Shown here one piece after another: positions 19,798 to 21,561 of a stretch of DNA of 21,561 nt. Origin of the DNA: Catajapyx aquilonaris (taxonomy: Eukaryota); contig JYFJ02001311.1 in assembly GCA_000934665.2 (NCBI GenBank), forward strand, positions 62,001 through 83,561. Reading direction: 5' to 3'. The position numbers and the translations under genes are program-made. Within the stretch, counting starts at the first letter, position 1. Every line of letters starts with the position of its first letter. A model generated the notes under the pieces. It was given only the letters and a program-made list of their open reading frames with translations. It was not told where the DNA came from and ran no database searches.

Positions 19798-20197
19798 AGT
19801 TAAAATATGCACTTAAATATGAACTAAAAATCAAGCAGGTCCTAATTTATTTTCAGTCTCATGCAACTAATTACAAGAGCTTGGCTTAATTACAGCCTCC
19901 TCTTGGCCATGTCATTTTGCCACACGGTAACAAATTAGCAGTTGTTCTATATCTTAGCGTTTATTATTACTATTAATTTTGTCGGCGATGCCTATGTGAC
20001 AGTACAACTTTATGGGCTGAAAATGACCGTCCGACACCACACAAAGCAGCTGGATCATTCTTGAAAAGTTAGATGTCTAGTAGAGCCAGTTCATCCGGCA
20101 TGTGTATAGGCTACACCTGCTTCGCTATGCGCAGGTTGAAGTGGGAGGGATGATTTGAACGGAAAACATGTACAAACTGACGAAAATATTACAACAA

Positions 20198-20198
20198 N
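20198..20198. other. Ambiguous base (N); possible assembly gap or join
   Basis: Single 'n' in the sequence. Confidence 0.95.
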
Positions 20199-20308
20199 GT
20201 ACCCCACTCTCAGGCTTTGGGCCCTTTTTTAGGGGAATGGAAAACCACTATTTTTGGAACCATATAATGTATATATGTTAATTGTTCCAAGGGTAAGTAG
20301 GAGGGGAT

Positions 20309-20513
20309 GTGCAAAGTGCAAGTGCAATGTCGTATATTGGTCATTTTGTGAGCTCACCCTGGTGGATTAGTCTAGCGGAAATTTCCACCTGAGACGAAGC
20401 CAGAGATGGCCCAACTATGCACGAGATGAAGGGGGGGAACCCCGGGCTGGGATCGAACCCGGGACCTTAACATCCGTGGGCACGTGCGTTACCGCAGCAC
20501 CACTCTGCCTCCC
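20309..20513 (-). mobile_element. tRNA-derived SINE (about 205 bp)
   Basis: The minus strand starts GGGAGGCAGAGTGGTGCTGCGG (A-box-like), has a consensus B box GGTTCGATCCC (20459-20449) at tRNA-like spacing, a non-tRNA body, and a 3' tandem tail (TTGCAC)x3. No clear TSD. Confidence 0.75.
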
Positions 20514-20682
20514 TTGCTACTAGGCCATTTAGGTCCCAACGTCTGAAACAGGCAATTTTAGGTTTTATACAACTGCGATTTGTGAGGTCCTTGTGTTATG
20601 AAACGTCTAGATATTTTGGTCCCGGTGTTCTGCCTACAAAATAAAAAGTGGGCAAAAACCTAAAAATCCGGGAAAGTCGATC

Positions 20683-21463
20683 GTTTATCCGCACCTAGCG
20701 ACGCGGTGGGATTGGCAGGTCCAAACATGTTGGCTACGCGTCGCAAACAACCGGTTGCCGGGAGAGCATAACAAAGGGCGTCTTCTTACCCCTGCCACGC
20801 GAACCGTTCAGACGAGTGCTAGGACCACAGTATTAATGAAGGAGGTGGGAAATATGAAAGCCATGATGGTTGCTGCAGTCCGTTAACGGCTAACCCAAAG
20901 AACGACATGATGTCACACCAGCCGTGTTTTCTGAGTGTGTGCAGTAGTTTGCCTGCAGAGTGAGTCGTGGGCATGATTGGAGGGGAGAGCCAGGCGGTGG
21001 CGGGCGGAACTTGGCGTCATGTAGTTCGTTGGTTAAACGGACTGTGTGAAGGTGTACTTCGCGATTGGCAGAGCCACAATAACGTTCGTTGGCCTGCGGC
21101 GCCACAAGACGGTCAGTAAATGTTGCGGATACAGAAACCCACAATAAGCGCCCAGCTCCGCTATCGCTCCGCAAAAACAAAAAATATCACGCATGGGCGA
21201 CGTACCGTGCCTGGCAGGGCCACAACAATGTACAGCAGTGTTGCGGTAACAAAAAGCCATACAGCAATACCAAGACAAAGGGCTATTCCATCCACCTAAT
21301 CACCTCAAAATCCCGAATTGAATCCCCGAAAGGGCGAAAAGAAGAATAAAGCAGTTCCATGTAACCATGCATCAGTATCAATAGCCACCCGATTGTTTGC
21401 GACGCAACGTTGCCAACCGTTGGGAGGCCTAACACCGACCGTGTTGTTAAGGTGCGGATAAAC
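20683..21463. mobile_element. Putative non-autonomous DNA element bounded by imperfect inverted repeats of about 75 bp
   Basis: GTTTATCCGCACCT (20683-96) is exactly inverted at 21450-63, and GCGTCGCAAACAA (20738-50) is exactly inverted at 21393-21405, with partial matches between. True termini and TSD were not resolved. Confidence 0.7.
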
Positions 21464-21561
21464 AATAGTTTATCCGAAATCCGTTTTTTGCGTTATCTAT
21501 ATTATTAATACCTGACTGTTCCCACAACTCCTCCTACAGCATTGGGAGTGGTGTCCAAAAT

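Noticed and set aside
20440..20513. Functional tRNA gene
   Set aside because: Has A/B boxes but no convincing acceptor stem or Pol III T-run terminator, and continues into a body with a tandem tail, so it is called a SINE.
20346..21515. Minus-strand donors at about 20357, 20789 and 21510 as the end of the missing U2AF2 ATG exon
   Set aside because: The first two lie inside repeats; the third has a stop (ATG CTG TAG) in the required phase. The first exon is left unassigned.

Overview
Eukaryotic genomic DNA, most likely arthropod (inferred from a divergent ionotropic receptor and an insect/crustacean-type U2AF large subunit). Two convergent genes are supported. (1) An intronless divergent ionotropic receptor (IR, iGluR-derived chemoreceptor) on + at about 8345-10300. 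(2) The spliceosomal U2AF large subunit gene (U2AF2/U2AF65/U2af50) on -, with ten GT-AG coding exons from 18662 to 11640 (RS domain, ULM, RRM1, RRM2, UHM); the ATG exon was not found and probably lies beyond the window. The most striking unexplained structure is in the 3.3-kb intron splitting RRM2 (12750-16066): a dense, strand-specific array of 3'-splice-site-like (polypyrimidine-YAG) motifs, some head-to-tail, plus orphan strong donors and a frameshifting alternative donor. This looks like a U2AF autoregulatory decoy/poison module. There is also a candidate in-frame 63-nt cassette exon in the RS domain. The region upstream of the RS exon (18.7-21.5 kb) is a cluster of small elements: a Tc1/mariner-type MITE, a Sola-like MITE, a tRNA-derived SINE and a long imperfect-inverted-repeat element. 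Bases 1-8200 contain no feature I can support. All counts were made by eye.
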